Positions 38,165 to 49,034 of a stretch of 64,000 bases of DNA are shown here, piece after piece. The position numbers were made by a program, and so were the translations under genes. Location of the stretch: IMG/VR virus record IMGVR_UViG_3300035188_001315; one strand, written 5' to 3'. Numbering within the stretch: position 1 is the stretch's first letter; every line of letters starts with the position of its first letter. The stretch is from a virus (lineage: Duplodnaviria; Heunggongvirae; Uroviricota; Caudoviricetes). Below the pieces are notes generated by a model. The model ran no database searches. It saw only the letters and a list, made by a program, of their open reading frames with translations, and was not told where the DNA came from.

Positions 38165-38401
38165 ATGAAACTATTTATTTTGAAAAGACTAGTAACTGAC
38201 AATATGTTATTCTGTGATGTTTGGGTTGCAAAAACAGAAGAAGAAGTTAAGAAAAAAGCAGTTGATTCTGTAATGTCAGAATGGTATTTTTCCTTTACTG
38301 AAGATGAACAACAAAATGTATCTTGTGATGAAATTTATAAAGCCTACATCGATTACTGGCAAGATGAAGAATTATGGCAGTTAAGTGAAGATACATTGTA
38401 A
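38165..38401 (+). CDS. hypothetical protein (78 aa)
   Basis: ORF after promoter at about 38107. Confidence 0.4.
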   Translation: MKLFILKRLVTDNMLFCDVWVAKTEEEVKKKAVDSVMSEWYFSFTEDEQQNVSCDEIYKAYIDYWQDEELWQLSEDTL

Positions 38402-38454
38402 AGTTAAAAACGTAGTAAAACTCTTTAATTCTAAAAATTACAATGGTGAATAAA

Positions 38455-38721
38455 ATGGTTACAATTAGAAGTTATTATGGTACATCTCCTTCTGCTGAAA
38501 ACAATGCAAAAGTAGTAACTGTTAAAGGTACAAGATTCTTTTTTTCTTATGAAACCTTAGTTGGTGTTGAAAGTGCACAAGGACCAGTAATTGTTCATGA
38601 AAACATTTGGGGCACAACCACAGGCAAACATTTAAATTCAATTGATGGTGGAACAAAAGATGCAAAGGCTAAGAGATTAAACCATGATGATTTTATGATA
38701 GCGATAAAAGATTTTTTGTAA
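38455..38721 (+). CDS. hypothetical protein
   Basis: ORF; followed by terminator at about 38746-38778. Confidence 0.4.
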   Translation: MVTIRSYYGTSPSAENNAKVVTVKGTRFFFSYETLVGVESAQGPVIVHENIWGTTTGKHLNSIDGGTKDAKAKRLNHDDFMIAIKDFL

Positions 38722-38819
38722 AATATCAACTAATCTAATATGTTTAAAAAGGACTTAGAAATAAGTCCTTTTTTTTAATCATAAATAATGTTACACCATC
38801 CACAGTAAAGGCAAAATTC

Positions 38820-39674
38820 ATGACACAGAAAAATATAAAAATTGAGATATTGGTTGACACATATTATGCTCGGTTTATAGCGATTTGGTATCCAGAAGAA
38901 GAACCTGGTTTTGTACCACCTACAGTTATACCCGATGGCTATGAGGCAAATCTCCCAGTTTTACTTGTTGTAACTAATATGTTTGTAGGTAGAAGTGAAG
39001 TAATTGGGAATACTCCTATTGTTAGTAGTCAACACCCAATGCCAGCAGATTTTTTAAAAAAACAAACTAGAAATATTGCCCATATGTTTGAAAATGATTT
39101 GGGTACTTTTAAACCTGAATCAAAAGCACAAGCCGCCTCATTCTTAGCTAAAATGACTGTAGGGTTTACTAAAGTAAAAGAGATGCGAGTCAAAATTAAT
39201 CCAATTCAAGGGTCTATGTCTTTAAAAGAGTTAAAAGATAGTTTGAGTACATTAACGGATGAACAACTCACCAAAATAAGAGTACCTATTTTTGCGGAAA
39301 ACCCCTTAGATATAACTGATCGAGGGTTATCTGATAATTTACATACAATAGGTGATTCAACCACTAAACAATTTATATCGATTACAAAGATTTTAAACAT
39401 TTATGATGTTGAAAACCCTTACATTGATACTAATCAACTACCCACTAGGGAAATGGTTGATGAAGCATATGCCGGTATGGAAAATGACCCAGTAGCACAA
39501 GCAAGTAAAAAAGCTACATTGGACGCAATCACCAAACATGAATATGAATTTGAGCTATTGAAAACCATTGATAAAATTAGGGCAGATACATTAGTAACGG
39601 ATACACCTAGAGAATTAACAAGAGATATGGTGCAAAGTGAAATGATTAAAATCTTACGAACCCCAAAATTGTAA
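38820..39674 (+). CDS. hypothetical protein (284 aa)
   Basis: ORF. Confidence 0.5.
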   Translation: MTQKNIKIEILVDTYYARFIAIWYPEEEPGFVPPTVIPDGYEANLPVLLVVTNMFVGRSEVIGNTPIVSSQHPMPADFLKKQTRNIAHMFENDLGTFKPESKAQAASFLAKMTVGFTKVKEMRVKINPIQGSMSLKELKDSLSTLTDEQLTKIRVPIFAENPLDITDRGLSDNLHTIGDSTTKQFISITKILNIYDVENPYIDTNQLPTREMVDEAYAGMENDPVAQASKKATLDAITKHEYEFELLKTIDKIRADTLVTDTPRELTRDMVQSEMIKILRTPKL

Positions 39675-39720
39675 ATTTTTGGTATAATAATAATTATTAA
39701 TTTATTTTTGAAGGAATAGT

Positions 39721-40122
39721 ATGTTTGGTTTAATAATTGCCACCATCTCATTTATCATTGCAGATTCTGAACATTTTGGTGGTGACATGATATATGCACT
39801 GTCAATTCTTAAAAACTGGTATTACTTTAATTTTGGGTTACTGCTTATTATTGCAAGTGTAGTTGCTGCTTTCATTTATATTAGTATCATGCCACAACAG
39901 ATAGCATCAAAACTTGAATTGGTTGGTTCATACTTGGCAAAAACAACGGTAAGTTTAGTGGTCATTTGTCTTATAATGGCAAGAATATTAATTCAAATTA
40001 TGCTTGTAAATTGGTTAATTACCGATATAAATCCAATGGTGGATGACCTAAATACAAAACAAATATTGGCAACATTGTTACTATGTTTGTTAGCTATTTA
40101 CCCCAATAGTAATAACGGGTAA
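39721..40122 (+). CDS. multi-pass membrane protein (133 aa)
   Basis: Three or four hydrophobic helices. Confidence 0.45.
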   Translation: MFGLIIATISFIIADSEHFGGDMIYALSILKNWYYFNFGLLLIIASVVAAFIYISIMPQQIASKLELVGSYLAKTTVSLVVICLIMARILIQIMLVNWLITDINPMVDDLNTKQILATLLLCLLAIYPNSNNG

Positions 40123-40212
40123 AATAGTTTTTTAATTCTCTTGACAGTGGGTAAAATTTCTGCTATAATATATCATACTTAGAAATTACCAACCACCAAT
40201 AGGATTTAAAAA

Positions 40213-40596
40213 ATGACGATTTCAAAATTCGACAAAACAAACTTAAAAGCGTTACGTAGTGATTTAATGAATGCCCTTAGTGGAATTGAAAAAAAATATG
40301 GTATTAAGATGTCTTTAGGTAATATTAATTATACCGAAACTTCTTTTAAAGCATCAATGTCAGCAACTACTGCATCGGATGATGTTCCTGTAGATAACGC
40401 AAAATGGAAAACAGATTTTGTTAAAGCTGCAGCAGCTTTGGGTATGAAACCCACAGATTTTGGTCGTACGGTTACATCCAATGGTAAACTCTACACTATT
40501 GCAGGTGCAAGAGCAAGAAAAGCGGAGTTGATTTTAAAATCCACAGATAAAACAGCATTCTATTATGCACCAGTAAAATTAGTAAGTTTCGTATAA
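40213..40596 (+). CDS. hypothetical protein (127 aa)
   Basis: ORF after promoter at about 40140; terminator hairpin at 40616-40650. Confidence 0.45.
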   Translation: MTISKFDKTNLKALRSDLMNALSGIEKKYGIKMSLGNINYTETSFKASMSATTASDDVPVDNAKWKTDFVKAAAALGMKPTDFGRTVTSNGKLYTIAGARARKAELILKSTDKTAFYYAPVKLVSFV

Positions 40597-40692
40597 TATC
40601 AGTTACTTACTTTTGGAAAAACCACCAACATTATCTCCAGGTGGTTTTTTCAATTCACCACAGAATATCTTTAGCCACGGAAATTAAAGTAT

Positions 40693-40899
40693 ATGAATAT
40701 CGCTGAATGTTTTGAATACTATGAAGAAACTGGTAACACTCAATATCAAATATTTACTCACACCGATGGTGAATGGTATCTGATGCAACTATCATATGAT
40801 GGCAAATATGAATTTTGGAACATTGATTATCCAGATGTAAAAGTAACAAGTGTAATTTTTGACGAATTAGAATCATCCGATCAATGGTGTGCAATCTAA
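40693..40899 (+). CDS. hypothetical acidic protein (68 aa)
   Basis: ORF. Confidence 0.4.
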   Translation: MNIAECFEYYEETGNTQYQIFTHTDGEWYLMQLSYDGKYEFWNIDYPDVKVTSVIFDELESSDQWCAI

Positions 40900-40935
40900 A
40901 ATAAATGGTAAATTTAATTTTTTTTGGAGGTAATT

Positions 40936-41604
40936 ATGAAAAAATATCCTAGAACATATCATTTACCTTTTAGTCCAGAGGTTCATAGTGATGATAAAAT
41001 TTGTGATTTGGGTGATTTAAATCGTATAATTGATGAAAAAATTGAAGTAGTTATCTTAGTTAAGCTAGATGGTGGTAATGCATGTTTATCAAAAGATGGA
41101 GTTTTTGCAAGAACACACGCACAAGAAACTTCCTGTCCAACGTTTGATTTTATAAAAAATGTGCATTATTATCAAAATTTAAATGACTTAACTGAACAAA
41201 ATTTAAAAATTTTTGGTGAAAATATGTTCGCAGTGCACTCAATTGTGTACGAAAATCTCAAAGATTATTTTTATGTTTTCAATATTTTGGACGAAAATTC
41301 AAATAATTTTTTAAGTCATGATGAAGTTGATGAATGGGCTACAGCCCACAAAATGCAAGTGGTTCCAAAAATTTACGAAGGGGTGATTCCTTCTTTGACA
41401 TGGTTAGAAAAATATTTGGCACTGATGTTGTCAAAAAATGACCTTGGTGGTCCGCGAGAAGGATTTGTTATTCGCACAAAAAAAGCATTTTCAAGTGATG
41501 ATTTTTCAAAAAATGTGTTCAAATATGTTAGAAAAGATCACGTACAAGACAAAAATAATCACTGGTCACGTAACTGGGTTCAGCAACCAAAATTAGTAAA
41601 GTGA
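40936..41604 (+). CDS. RNA ligase-like nucleotidyltransferase
   Basis: N-terminal KKYPRTYHLPFSPE signature and KLDGGN (motif I KxDG). GGAGG RBS. Confidence 0.55.
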   Translation: MKKYPRTYHLPFSPEVHSDDKICDLGDLNRIIDEKIEVVILVKLDGGNACLSKDGVFARTHAQETSCPTFDFIKNVHYYQNLNDLTEQNLKIFGENMFAVHSIVYENLKDYFYVFNILDENSNNFLSHDEVDEWATAHKMQVVPKIYEGVIPSLTWLEKYLALMLSKNDLGGPREGFVIRTKKAFSSDDFSKNVFKYVRKDHVQDKNNHWSRNWVQQPKLVK

Positions 41605-41812
41605 AATTCTTGGAGGAAAAATGCAAGCATATGGGTTAAAAAGGTTCCTAAGTGTAAGAAAAAAATCTACAAAACGACATTGGAAACATGTTGCTAGAGC
41701 CTCTGTAAAAAAAATAATTTGTGAAAATTTTTAATTTTTTTTGGAAAAAACTCTTGACAATTGAGAATATTTTTGCTATAATAACCCATCAATCAAATAA
41801 AGGAAATTGAAA

Positions 41813-42901
41813 ATGAAACGAGTAATCAAATATTCAAGTATCGAACAGTTCAACCAAGTTATTCGTACTGTAAAAGAACGTGCAGCATTTATGTATTTTG
41901 ATGAAGAAACACAAAAAGCTGTGTTTGATCCTGCACCTAACTATCCAGTAGTATTAGCTAAAGTTACTGAAAAAATTCACGGTACTAATGGTTCGATTTG
42001 TTTTTCTAATCCAGATGGTTTTTGGGTTCAATCTAGAACTAATATTATTACCCCAGAATCCGATAATGCGTCATGTGCGTCGTACGCCATGAAAAATAAA
42101 GATGAATGGTTATCGATCGTAAACTCTTTAGCGACCGAGTATAATATCGACCTAGATAATAACATTATCGTGATGTATTTTGAATGGTGTGGTGATGGCA
42201 TTCAGAAAAAAACTGCGTTAACTGGTACGTCAGATAAAATGGCAATTATTTTTAGTCATTTTAAAGTGGAACCAATTGATGACGTCGATGAAGATGATGT
42301 GGGATCAGTGCAGTCGAATTGGTTTGAAACAAAAGTAGGTGATAAATGGGTTTCTTCACCTGAAGCTAACATTTTCAATATCAACGATTTCCCAACTTAT
42401 GAATTCACAATCGATTTTAATAAACCATTAATGGTTCAAAATGAGATGATCTCGTTGGTTAAAGAAGTAATTGAACCTGCTTCACCAGTTGGCAAGAAAT
42501 TCGGTTTTGATGCAAACATTGGTGAAGGAATCGTAGTTACATTTATTTTTAAAGACAGATTATATAAATTCAAGGTAAAAGGTGAGGCTCACACAACTTC
42601 TAAAGTAAAAACGTTGAATAGAGTTGATGATGAAAAATTGCAAAAAATTCAGGATATTGCTCAGAAAGTTTCACCGGTCTGGAGACTTGAACAAATGTTT
42701 GATTTGGCAATTGATGCCTTAAATGGTGGTAAACCCGATATGACCAAAATGGGTGATTTCATTAGACTGATTTCTAATGATATTATCAAGGAAGAAATTG
42801 ATATTATCATTGATGCAGGTTTAGAACACAAAACCATTATGCCTGTTGTTTCTACAATTGCCAGACAGTTCTTTAAAGAAAAATGTCTAGAATCTGAATG
42901 A
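41813..42901 (+). CDS. Rnl2-family RNA ligase-like protein
   Basis: EKIHGTN matches T4 Rnl2 motif I (KIHGTN). Promoter at about 41752; terminator at 42912-42941. Confidence 0.55.
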   Translation: MKRVIKYSSIEQFNQVIRTVKERAAFMYFDEETQKAVFDPAPNYPVVLAKVTEKIHGTNGSICFSNPDGFWVQSRTNIITPESDNASCASYAMKNKDEWLSIVNSLATEYNIDLDNNIIVMYFEWCGDGIQKKTALTGTSDKMAIIFSHFKVEPIDDVDEDDVGSVQSNWFETKVGDKWVSSPEANIFNINDFPTYEFTIDFNKPLMVQNEMISLVKEVIEPASPVGKKFGFDANIGEGIVVTFIFKDRLYKFKVKGEAHTTSKVKTLNRVDDEKLQKIQDIAQKVSPVWRLEQMFDLAIDALNGGKPDMTKMGDFIRLISNDIIKEEIDIIIDAGLEHKTIMPVVSTIARQFFKEKCLESE

Positions 42902-43023
42902 ATTGAAAACCAAAAAGGGAAGTAAATCTTCCCTTTTTTTAGGCAAATAAATTACAAAAAACTCTGGACATACTAAGTCAGGTATGGTATAATAAACCAT
43001 ACATTAAATAGAAGGAGGTTTCA

Positions 43024-43224
43024 ATGTTATATTCAATTCAAGACTGGCTTATCAGAATAGCAATCTCAATTGTGGTATCATCGACTATTTTGGGCATATT
43101 ATGGTTTACAACACTATACGATTATAATAAATTGGTAAATAATAATACCCTATATTGTAAAATGGTTAAAGAAGGTAGTTGGAAAGATTTCAACCATAAT
43201 TTCGATGAACTCTGCAAAAAATAA
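43024..43224 (+). CDS. small membrane protein (66 aa)
   Basis: One TM helix; GGAGG RBS; promoter-like TGGACA-17-TATAAT upstream. Confidence 0.4.
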   Translation: MLYSIQDWLIRIAISIVVSSTILGILWFTTLYDYNKLVNNNTLYCKMVKEGSWKDFNHNFDELCKK

Positions 43225-43262
43225 AACTCATGGTAATGTTTCCATTAAATTGAGGAGTTGTT

Positions 43263-43496
43263 ATGTGTGTATTGTTGCGTCAATTAGTAGATTTAACGAA
43301 TTCAAGTGATAAAGAACAAATCACTTCCACTATTAAGAAATTTGAATTTATGAATAACCGAGAATTCAGCATTAACATCTTAAACGATCGAGCAACAGTA
43401 TTCATTAAATGGTCTGTAAATGGACACCAACAAATGAAATGTTTCACCATTAAAGGTAATTTCAAAAAAATGTCAAAATTAGAATTTCTAATTTAG
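43263..43496 (+). CDS. hypothetical protein (77 aa)
   Basis: ORF. Confidence 0.35.
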   Translation: MCVLLRQLVDLTNSSDKEQITSTIKKFEFMNNREFSINILNDRATVFIKWSVNGHQQMKCFTIKGNFKKMSKLEFLI

Positions 43497-43525
43497 ATTC
43501 GACTCAAATAGGTTCTTGTTGGCAA

Positions 43526-43873
43526 ATGGTCCAAAAATCTGTTAATAGTATAAAAGGAACAGTCATGTTAAGTGCAGAAGAAGCATCAAAATTATCGATT
43601 GAAGCAGTTAGATTAAAAAATGAAGAATTGGAGCGAAATATTACTTTCATCATGAATGATATAATTGAACCTCAAATAATTAAAGCTTCTTCAAATGGTA
43701 ATTTCATAATAACCACTATTATTAAACCCGAAAATTTGCCATCAACAATGAGTGACGCAGATATATATAACATTGTTAATTTGACAATGGTTAACCTTGG
43801 TGGTTTAGGATATGACGCAGAATTTACCAAATCTAATGGCGATTATAAATTAGTGGTTAAATGGAAAAAATAA
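43526..43873 (+). CDS. hypothetical protein (115 aa)
   Basis: ORF. Confidence 0.45.
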   Translation: MVQKSVNSIKGTVMLSAEEASKLSIEAVRLKNEELERNITFIMNDIIEPQIIKASSNGNFIITTIIKPENLPSTMSDADIYNIVNLTMVNLGGLGYDAEFTKSNGDYKLVVKWKK

Positions 43874-43963
43874 TTTTCGGTCTAACTGAAATTTTACTTG
43901 ACATCATGGGCGTTTTGTGTTACAATAACTCATCAATTGAAAACAATCGTGAGGAAATATTTT

Positions 43964-44383
43964 ATGAACGGCGTGAAAGTAGTAATTAACGGTACATATG
44001 GTGGTTTCGGATTATCGGAAGAAGCAGTTAAAGAATACGCAAAATTGAAAGGGTTAACTTTGACGATCACTAAAACCGAATATGGTAGCAATGTATATTG
44101 GACAAATAAATTCTGGGAAGGGAAATATAAAGGCCCATTATCACATAAAGAATTCATGGCACTCGATGAAAAAAATCAAAAAGAATATTTACAATCAAGC
44201 ATTTCCGCCATGTTAGTTGTAGATGAAATTCCAAGAAACGATGTGACCCTAATTCGTGTAGTAGAAAAACTGGGAAACCGGGCTAATGGTCCATACGCAG
44301 AGTTGTACATAGAAGAAGTTTATGGGGAACATTATACTATTGACGAGTATGACGGTTGCGAACAAATTCGGTATTTAGGATAA
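43964..44383 (+). CDS. hypothetical protein
   Basis: ORF; GAGGAAATATTTT RBS. Its promoter (gacatcatgggcgtt ... tacaat) is duplicated at about 46622. Confidence 0.45.
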   Translation: MNGVKVVINGTYGGFGLSEEAVKEYAKLKGLTLTITKTEYGSNVYWTNKFWEGKYKGPLSHKEFMALDEKNQKEYLQSSISAMLVVDEIPRNDVTLIRVVEKLGNRANGPYAELYIEEVYGEHYTIDEYDGCEQIRYLG

Positions 44384-44662
44384 CCAATTAATTAATGGGG
44401 GTTACAATGGGTTTAATTAGGCAAATGGAAATGGTAGTGGATAAACGTGAATCCAAAGCAAGAAAACCTTGGATTATCCGAGCGTATCCCTACCATAGAT
44501 TTTATGTTTTTATCAACACAAGCAATTTTGCCCGAAATTCCCTAAGAAAAAAATAATATGTAAACACTTGACATCTTATTCAAAATACGATATAATATAT
44601 CAACAGTCAAGTATTGATTGTATAATTTCTTTGTAATTAATCTTTTAAAGTGAGTAACCCTT

Positions 44663-44899
44663 ATGTCAATTAAATCGACAAACAATCAAAAAGGATTTCA
44701 ATGGTTAATGGATAACAGAGAAGTATTGGATGAGGCATTGCGTTATTGGGCAGCAAGAGAATATAATGGTTTTGAAATTGGTGAACAATTAATTGATGAG
44801 ATGTATGAAATTCTTGGAATGGAAAATGAATTATCCACAATGAATTTCACCTCAATGGGGTTATTTGAAAACAAATATATCTTAGATTCAGAAGATTAA
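44663..44899 (+). CDS. hypothetical protein (78 aa)
   Basis: ORF after promoter at about 44566. Confidence 0.4.
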   Translation: MSIKSTNNQKGFQWLMDNREVLDEALRYWAAREYNGFEIGEQLIDEMYEILGMENELSTMNFTSMGLFENKYILDSED

Positions 44900-44964
44900 A
44901 ATAAAAACCACTGTAGAGACACTCTATTTTTAGTTGTGTCTCTCTTGAAATAGTGATACACAAC

Positions 44965-45234
44965 ATGGATTTAAAAATGAGAATTTCAGCAATGGGTTTT
45001 AAATGGTGGGTGTTATTTATTACACCTAATAAGGAAATTGAACACTCAGTGGGTTTCGAAGGTTTGCCAAATGTAGCTTCATTAGTAGAAATTTTAAATG
45101 AGTTGAACACAGATGTTAATGTTGAGTTCAGTGTTCCAGTGGATGAGCTCCATGTAATGATTATCCAAAATGAGGAATATTTAGAAATCTTTGGTGATTT
45201 AGATTTAGAGGAAATTACTAATGTACACCACTAG
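44965..45234 (+). CDS. hypothetical protein
   Basis: ORF from first ATG. Confidence 0.35.
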   Translation: MDLKMRISAMGFKWWVLFITPNKEIEHSVGFEGLPNVASLVEILNELNTDVNVEFSVPVDELHVMIIQNEEYLEIFGDLDLEEITNVHH

Positions 45235-45712
45235 AACCAATGTTGCCCAAAACTATTATAATCTTCGTAATCCAACAAAACAAACCAAAAGTAGTCCTGT
45301 TCCTATCATTTCCAATTTTGCGTTAATCCTACTGTATGTTTATCAGGATATGAAAAAAAATAAATCATGTGAATACATTAAAAAAGAGTTAGTGGGTGAT
45401 GCATTAGGACACATCGATCAGAAGTATGTTTTATGGAACTGGTCTTCTTCAGCATTTGGCAGAGAATTTGATGCGTTTTCCTTTAACAACTTAATCAAAT
45501 ATGATAAGATTAAAAAGAGATGGTATCCAACAAACCAATTGGTGGAATATATCGATTATCATTTTGGTCCATATACTAAAATACCACTTACCTCTGCTCT
45601 CTATCCATTTAAGGAAGCTATCACTTATAATGAAAATGCAAACATACAGAAACAAAAAAACATTGTCCTGTATCGAAAGAAGAAAGAAGTAATGAACAAA
45701 TTTTTCTTCTAA
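45221..45712 (+). CDS. hypothetical protein (163 aa)
   Basis: ORF overlapping previous stop. Confidence 0.4.
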   Translation: MYTTRTNVAQNYYNLRNPTKQTKSSPVPIISNFALILLYVYQDMKKNKSCEYIKKELVGDALGHIDQKYVLWNWSSSAFGREFDAFSFNNLIKYDKIKKRWYPTNQLVEYIDYHFGPYTKIPLTSALYPFKEAITYNENANIQKQKNIVLYRKKKEVMNKFFF

Positions 45713-45788
45713 AAAAATAAAAATAAGTGTTGACAACCATGTTGAGCTATGATATAATAACCTATCAATTTAATAAAGGGGTTCCAAA

Positions 45789-46025
45789 ATGAAAAGCAAT
45801 TGGTTTGAAACATTGGTAGCAGCACTTGATTCAGAAGGTTTAAATGATAAATGGCCTTTGGGTTTAAACATTTCTTATGGTGAAACAGTTCGATTTGTCA
45901 CGGATGATTTTTATTTGATTTCTGTTTATCGCAGTGACACTGGTCGCTATGAAAGACCAGTTTGGTATTCAACTATTACCGCCGCGGCAAGAAGAAAAAT
46001 GGAAGACCAACTACAAGCAGTTTAA
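45789..46025 (+). CDS. hypothetical protein (78 aa)
   Basis: ORF after promoter TTGACA-17-TATAAT at about 45732. Confidence 0.4.
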   Translation: MKSNWFETLVAALDSEGLNDKWPLGLNISYGETVRFVTDDFYLISVYRSDTGRYERPVWYSTITAAARRKMEDQLQAV

Positions 46026-46075
46026 CCTTACATTCTCACCAATTATACTAAATCTAATATCAAATGGAGAACAAA

Positions 46076-46252
46076 ATGGTCGTTCAATATGTCGCAATGA
46101 TTGAATTTAGCACTAGACAACAAAACGTATTAGTCACTGTAAAACGATATGGTTTGGACATTGATCAAGTTAAAGAACATGTTGAAAATGGTTATCCAGG
46201 TGGAAAAGTTTTACAACTTATCCAATTGCAGGGTGAAATAGAACTGTTCTAA
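46076..46252 (+). CDS. hypothetical protein
   Basis: ORF with GGAG RBS. Confidence 0.35.
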   Translation: MVVQYVAMIEFSTRQQNVLVTVKRYGLDIDQVKEHVENGYPGGKVLQLIQLQGEIELF

Positions 46253-46324
46253 CGGCCTACTTTCACTTGACATCCTGCATTAGATTTGATACAATAAACC
46301 GCACTTATTGATAAAGGGTACAAA

Positions 46325-46486
46325 ATGAATTATTTCACCACTCGTTATGCAGCAATGAAAGCATTCCCTAACAGTATCATCAGAAAAATTTTGAACCACC
46401 ACGTAAACGCGAATGTCGGTGATTATGTGGTTTTCAATGATTATTCAACCTATGAAGATTGGAAACAATGTGGTCATGTGAGATAA
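46325..46486 (+). CDS. hypothetical protein (53 aa)
   Basis: Short ORF, not in supplied track. Confidence 0.3.
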   Translation: MNYFTTRYAAMKAFPNSIIRKILNHHVNANVGDYVVFNDYSTYEDWKQCGHVR

Positions 46487-46904
46487 ATTAAACTCAATTA
46501 CATCAACCACAACTAAAGGAAAGCAAAATGAATTTGTTAGATGCAATCGAAGCAATAGAAAAAGAAAAAAGAAATGCAGTATGTAATAGTACCAGGGTAT
46601 GGCAGAGTGTTTGTAACTGTATTTGCTAAAAATCTCGACATTATGGGCGTTATTTGTTATAATATAGTTGTAGTATAAATTTAATCAATCTCTATAGGTA
46701 ATCAAATAAACGAATTAAAAACCAATGTTTTCCCATTAAGTTATTGCGCCTCAACAGTAGCAAACGCAGTTATCGACAGCACAATTATTGCTGTAATTTT
46801 GGTTGCTATTGACTTTATGAAAAAAATTGAATACTGATATTCAAATCAGTTTATCATATTTACGGTTTCAATCATCAATTCAACTCAATAAGAGAGTCAA
46901 TATC

Positions 46905-47144
46905 ATGACTATCACCAGAACCGAAGCGGAACAAATCTTAACACCATTATTTCAAGCAATTAAAAGCAAAGCAGAAGTTGGTGTACCTGACGAAGACGAA
47001 GACGAGCGTCAATTGGCTGAGTTCAGAAGTTTATACGAGTTACAGTATATGCAAGCACATATGGCTAGTTTACTAATGATGCTCGACAACTATCAACTCG
47101 AGTGCGAACAGCAAAGAATAACTCAAATCATTGCCGGAATTTAA
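46905..47144 (+). CDS. hypothetical acidic protein
   Basis: ORF from MTITRTE; flanked by 16-bp direct repeats caaatcagtttatc. Confidence 0.4.
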   Translation: MTITRTEAEQILTPLFQAIKSKAEVGVPDEDEDERQLAEFRSLYELQYMQAHMASLLMMLDNYQLECEQQRITQIIAGI

Positions 47145-47373
47145 TTAAGAATAATACAACTCATTGGTGGACATGGATGTCCAAATCAGTTTATCTTGTT
47201 TGTTGGAATTTGTCAATAGGACATTAATAGTGTGAAAACCAAAGGAAATTGATGCTGGGTCACTATCCGAAATTTCTTAAACATCACCACAAAAACAGTT
47301 TAAAAAATCCTTGACATTTAGAACCCCACCTGTTATAATATCTCATCAATTAAATAATCAGTCGGAGATGAAA

Positions 47374-47619
47374 ATGAATAAAAAAATCCAAAACATTATG
47401 AAGGAATGCTACATTCCTGTAATTGATCGGGATGGTGATGGTGAGTACGATATGGAAAAATTTGCTAAATTACTTATCCTTCACTGTGCTCAGGCGGCTG
47501 AAATGGCATCACAAACAGATATGGATTCTACAGAAATCTACATCATAGAACAAATGGGATTGGGTACAGAAAATGGAGCTGTTAATTGGTATTATGATAA
47601 CAAACATTTAGTCAAGTAA
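47374..47619 (+). CDS. hypothetical protein
   Basis: ORF with GGAG RBS after promoter at about 47312. Confidence 0.4.
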   Translation: MNKKIQNIMKECYIPVIDRDGDGEYDMEKFAKLLILHCAQAAEMASQTDMDSTEIYIIEQMGLGTENGAVNWYYDNKHLVK

Positions 47620-47650
47620 TTCATAATTAATTGAAACTGGAAAAAACATT

Positions 47651-47953
47651 ATGCAAGCATACTTAGAACAATTGGTTAAAGTAAATGTACTAAAATTCAA
47701 CCAAGAAAATAACACATATGAAACCAGTAATGGGTTCAAAATCACTTTAGCTGATCATGGTTGTGAATGGAATATAGATTGTTTTTATATTAACAAGACA
47801 TCAAATAAAGTAATGGCAGTTACCGATGAATGGGATTATGATGAATGTAATGACCTCGAAAAAGAATTTTCTAACCCCGATTATTTAACCATTGAAAAAG
47901 TTGTTGAAGTAACGCTCGAACAGTTGCTTGATGAAGCTACTAACGGACAATAA
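47651..47953 (+). CDS. hypothetical acidic protein (100 aa)
   Basis: ORF. Confidence 0.45.
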   Translation: MQAYLEQLVKVNVLKFNQENNTYETSNGFKITLADHGCEWNIDCFYINKTSNKVMAVTDEWDYDECNDLEKEFSNPDYLTIEKVVEVTLEQLLDEATNGQ

Positions 47954-48018
47954 AAAAGATTGGTATTTGGAAGACGTGAAAACAGTAGTTGACCTAAACA
48001 CCGAAGAGGACAAATAGT

Positions 48019-48252
48019 ATGCCACTTAACATTCACAAAGAACACTTTCAAGGTTTGGTTAACAAGAATAAAGATCTTAGACAAACATTACAGGCTGCAG
48101 CCAAAGCTAAGATAAATGGTGATTGGTGTATTATTGAAGCAGTACCATTTGATGAAGAAATGGTCTATTGCTACAATGAAGAAACTCACGTTCAATACGC
48201 AATTCGATTTAGAGATATTGACTTTGGTAATCTCAAAACAATTTTGAAATAA
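48019..48252 (+). CDS. small protein, paralogue of 53503-53745
   Basis: Shares IIEAVPFDE-M-YCY-E ... QY-I-F block. Confidence 0.45.
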   Translation: MPLNIHKEHFQGLVNKNKDLRQTLQAAAKAKINGDWCIIEAVPFDEEMVYCYNEETHVQYAIRFRDIDFGNLKTILK

Positions 48253-48308
48253 GGATATGTACGACAGCAACAACTACTCAGGTACGTGAACTACTGCGTA
48301 AACATTAT

Positions 48309-48647
48309 GTGTTTCCGAAAACAGCTGAACTCTACACAAACAAACTCCAGAATTCAATTGGTTTAGTAACAGGTTTATTTGTGGCTACATTGTTTGACAA
48401 TGTGGTTAACGATGTTCTAGAACAAGTTGAGAGAGAAATTATCAACTCTTGTGGTATTGGTGAATCCTCAACAGCGTTTCATATTACAGCAAGAATTGTT
48501 CCGTATGAGTATAAACAAGAGTTGATAAAATTAGTTGCTGATGCGGTATCCGGTGAATTGATTAAATTAGGCTACATTGTTTCGATAGAAAAAGAATACT
48601 CAGAATACACGATTTACACACTTGAAATTGATTGGCATGAAGAATGA
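48309..48647 (+). CDS. hypothetical protein (112 aa)
   Basis: ORF. Confidence 0.45.
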   Translation: MFPKTAELYTNKLQNSIGLVTGLFVATLFDNVVNDVLEQVEREIINSCGIGESSTAFHITARIVPYEYKQELIKLVADAVSGELIKLGYIVSIEKEYSEYTIYTLEIDWHEE

Positions 48648-48679
48648 TTTAAAAACCATTTACAACCACGGAGTGAGTT

Positions 48680-48997
48680 ATGACACACGAATTAGACGTT
48701 ATTGCAAAAATTGATGGATCTACATTAGTGTTAAAAGGCCAACTGTTTGGCAAAGTTGAATACGACTTAACTGAATGGGTAGATAGCGACGACATGTCAG
48801 AACTGACGTGTGATGTTGTAGTAGACGGCGATCCACGCTATCCAACATTAGTATTGTCAACACGAGTTGGGTTTAGTTTAAGTCCACGTACAGGCAAGTT
48901 AGACCGTTGCTGTATCTGCTGTGCCTATAGTTCACGCGACTGTGTTTGCGGTGCATGGGATAACGTAGATGATTACTACAATGACGACGAGTATTAA
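48680..48997 (+). CDS. hypothetical Cys-rich protein
   Basis: C-terminal CCICCAYSSRDCVCG cluster. Confidence 0.4.
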   Translation: MTHELDVIAKIDGSTLVLKGQLFGKVEYDLTEWVDSDDMSELTCDVVVDGDPRYPTLVLSTRVGFSLSPRTGKLDRCCICCAYSSRDCVCGAWDNVDDYYNDDEY

Positions 48998-49034
48998 ACG
49001 TCTTTACAATCCAATAACACACGCAGTGAGAAAA

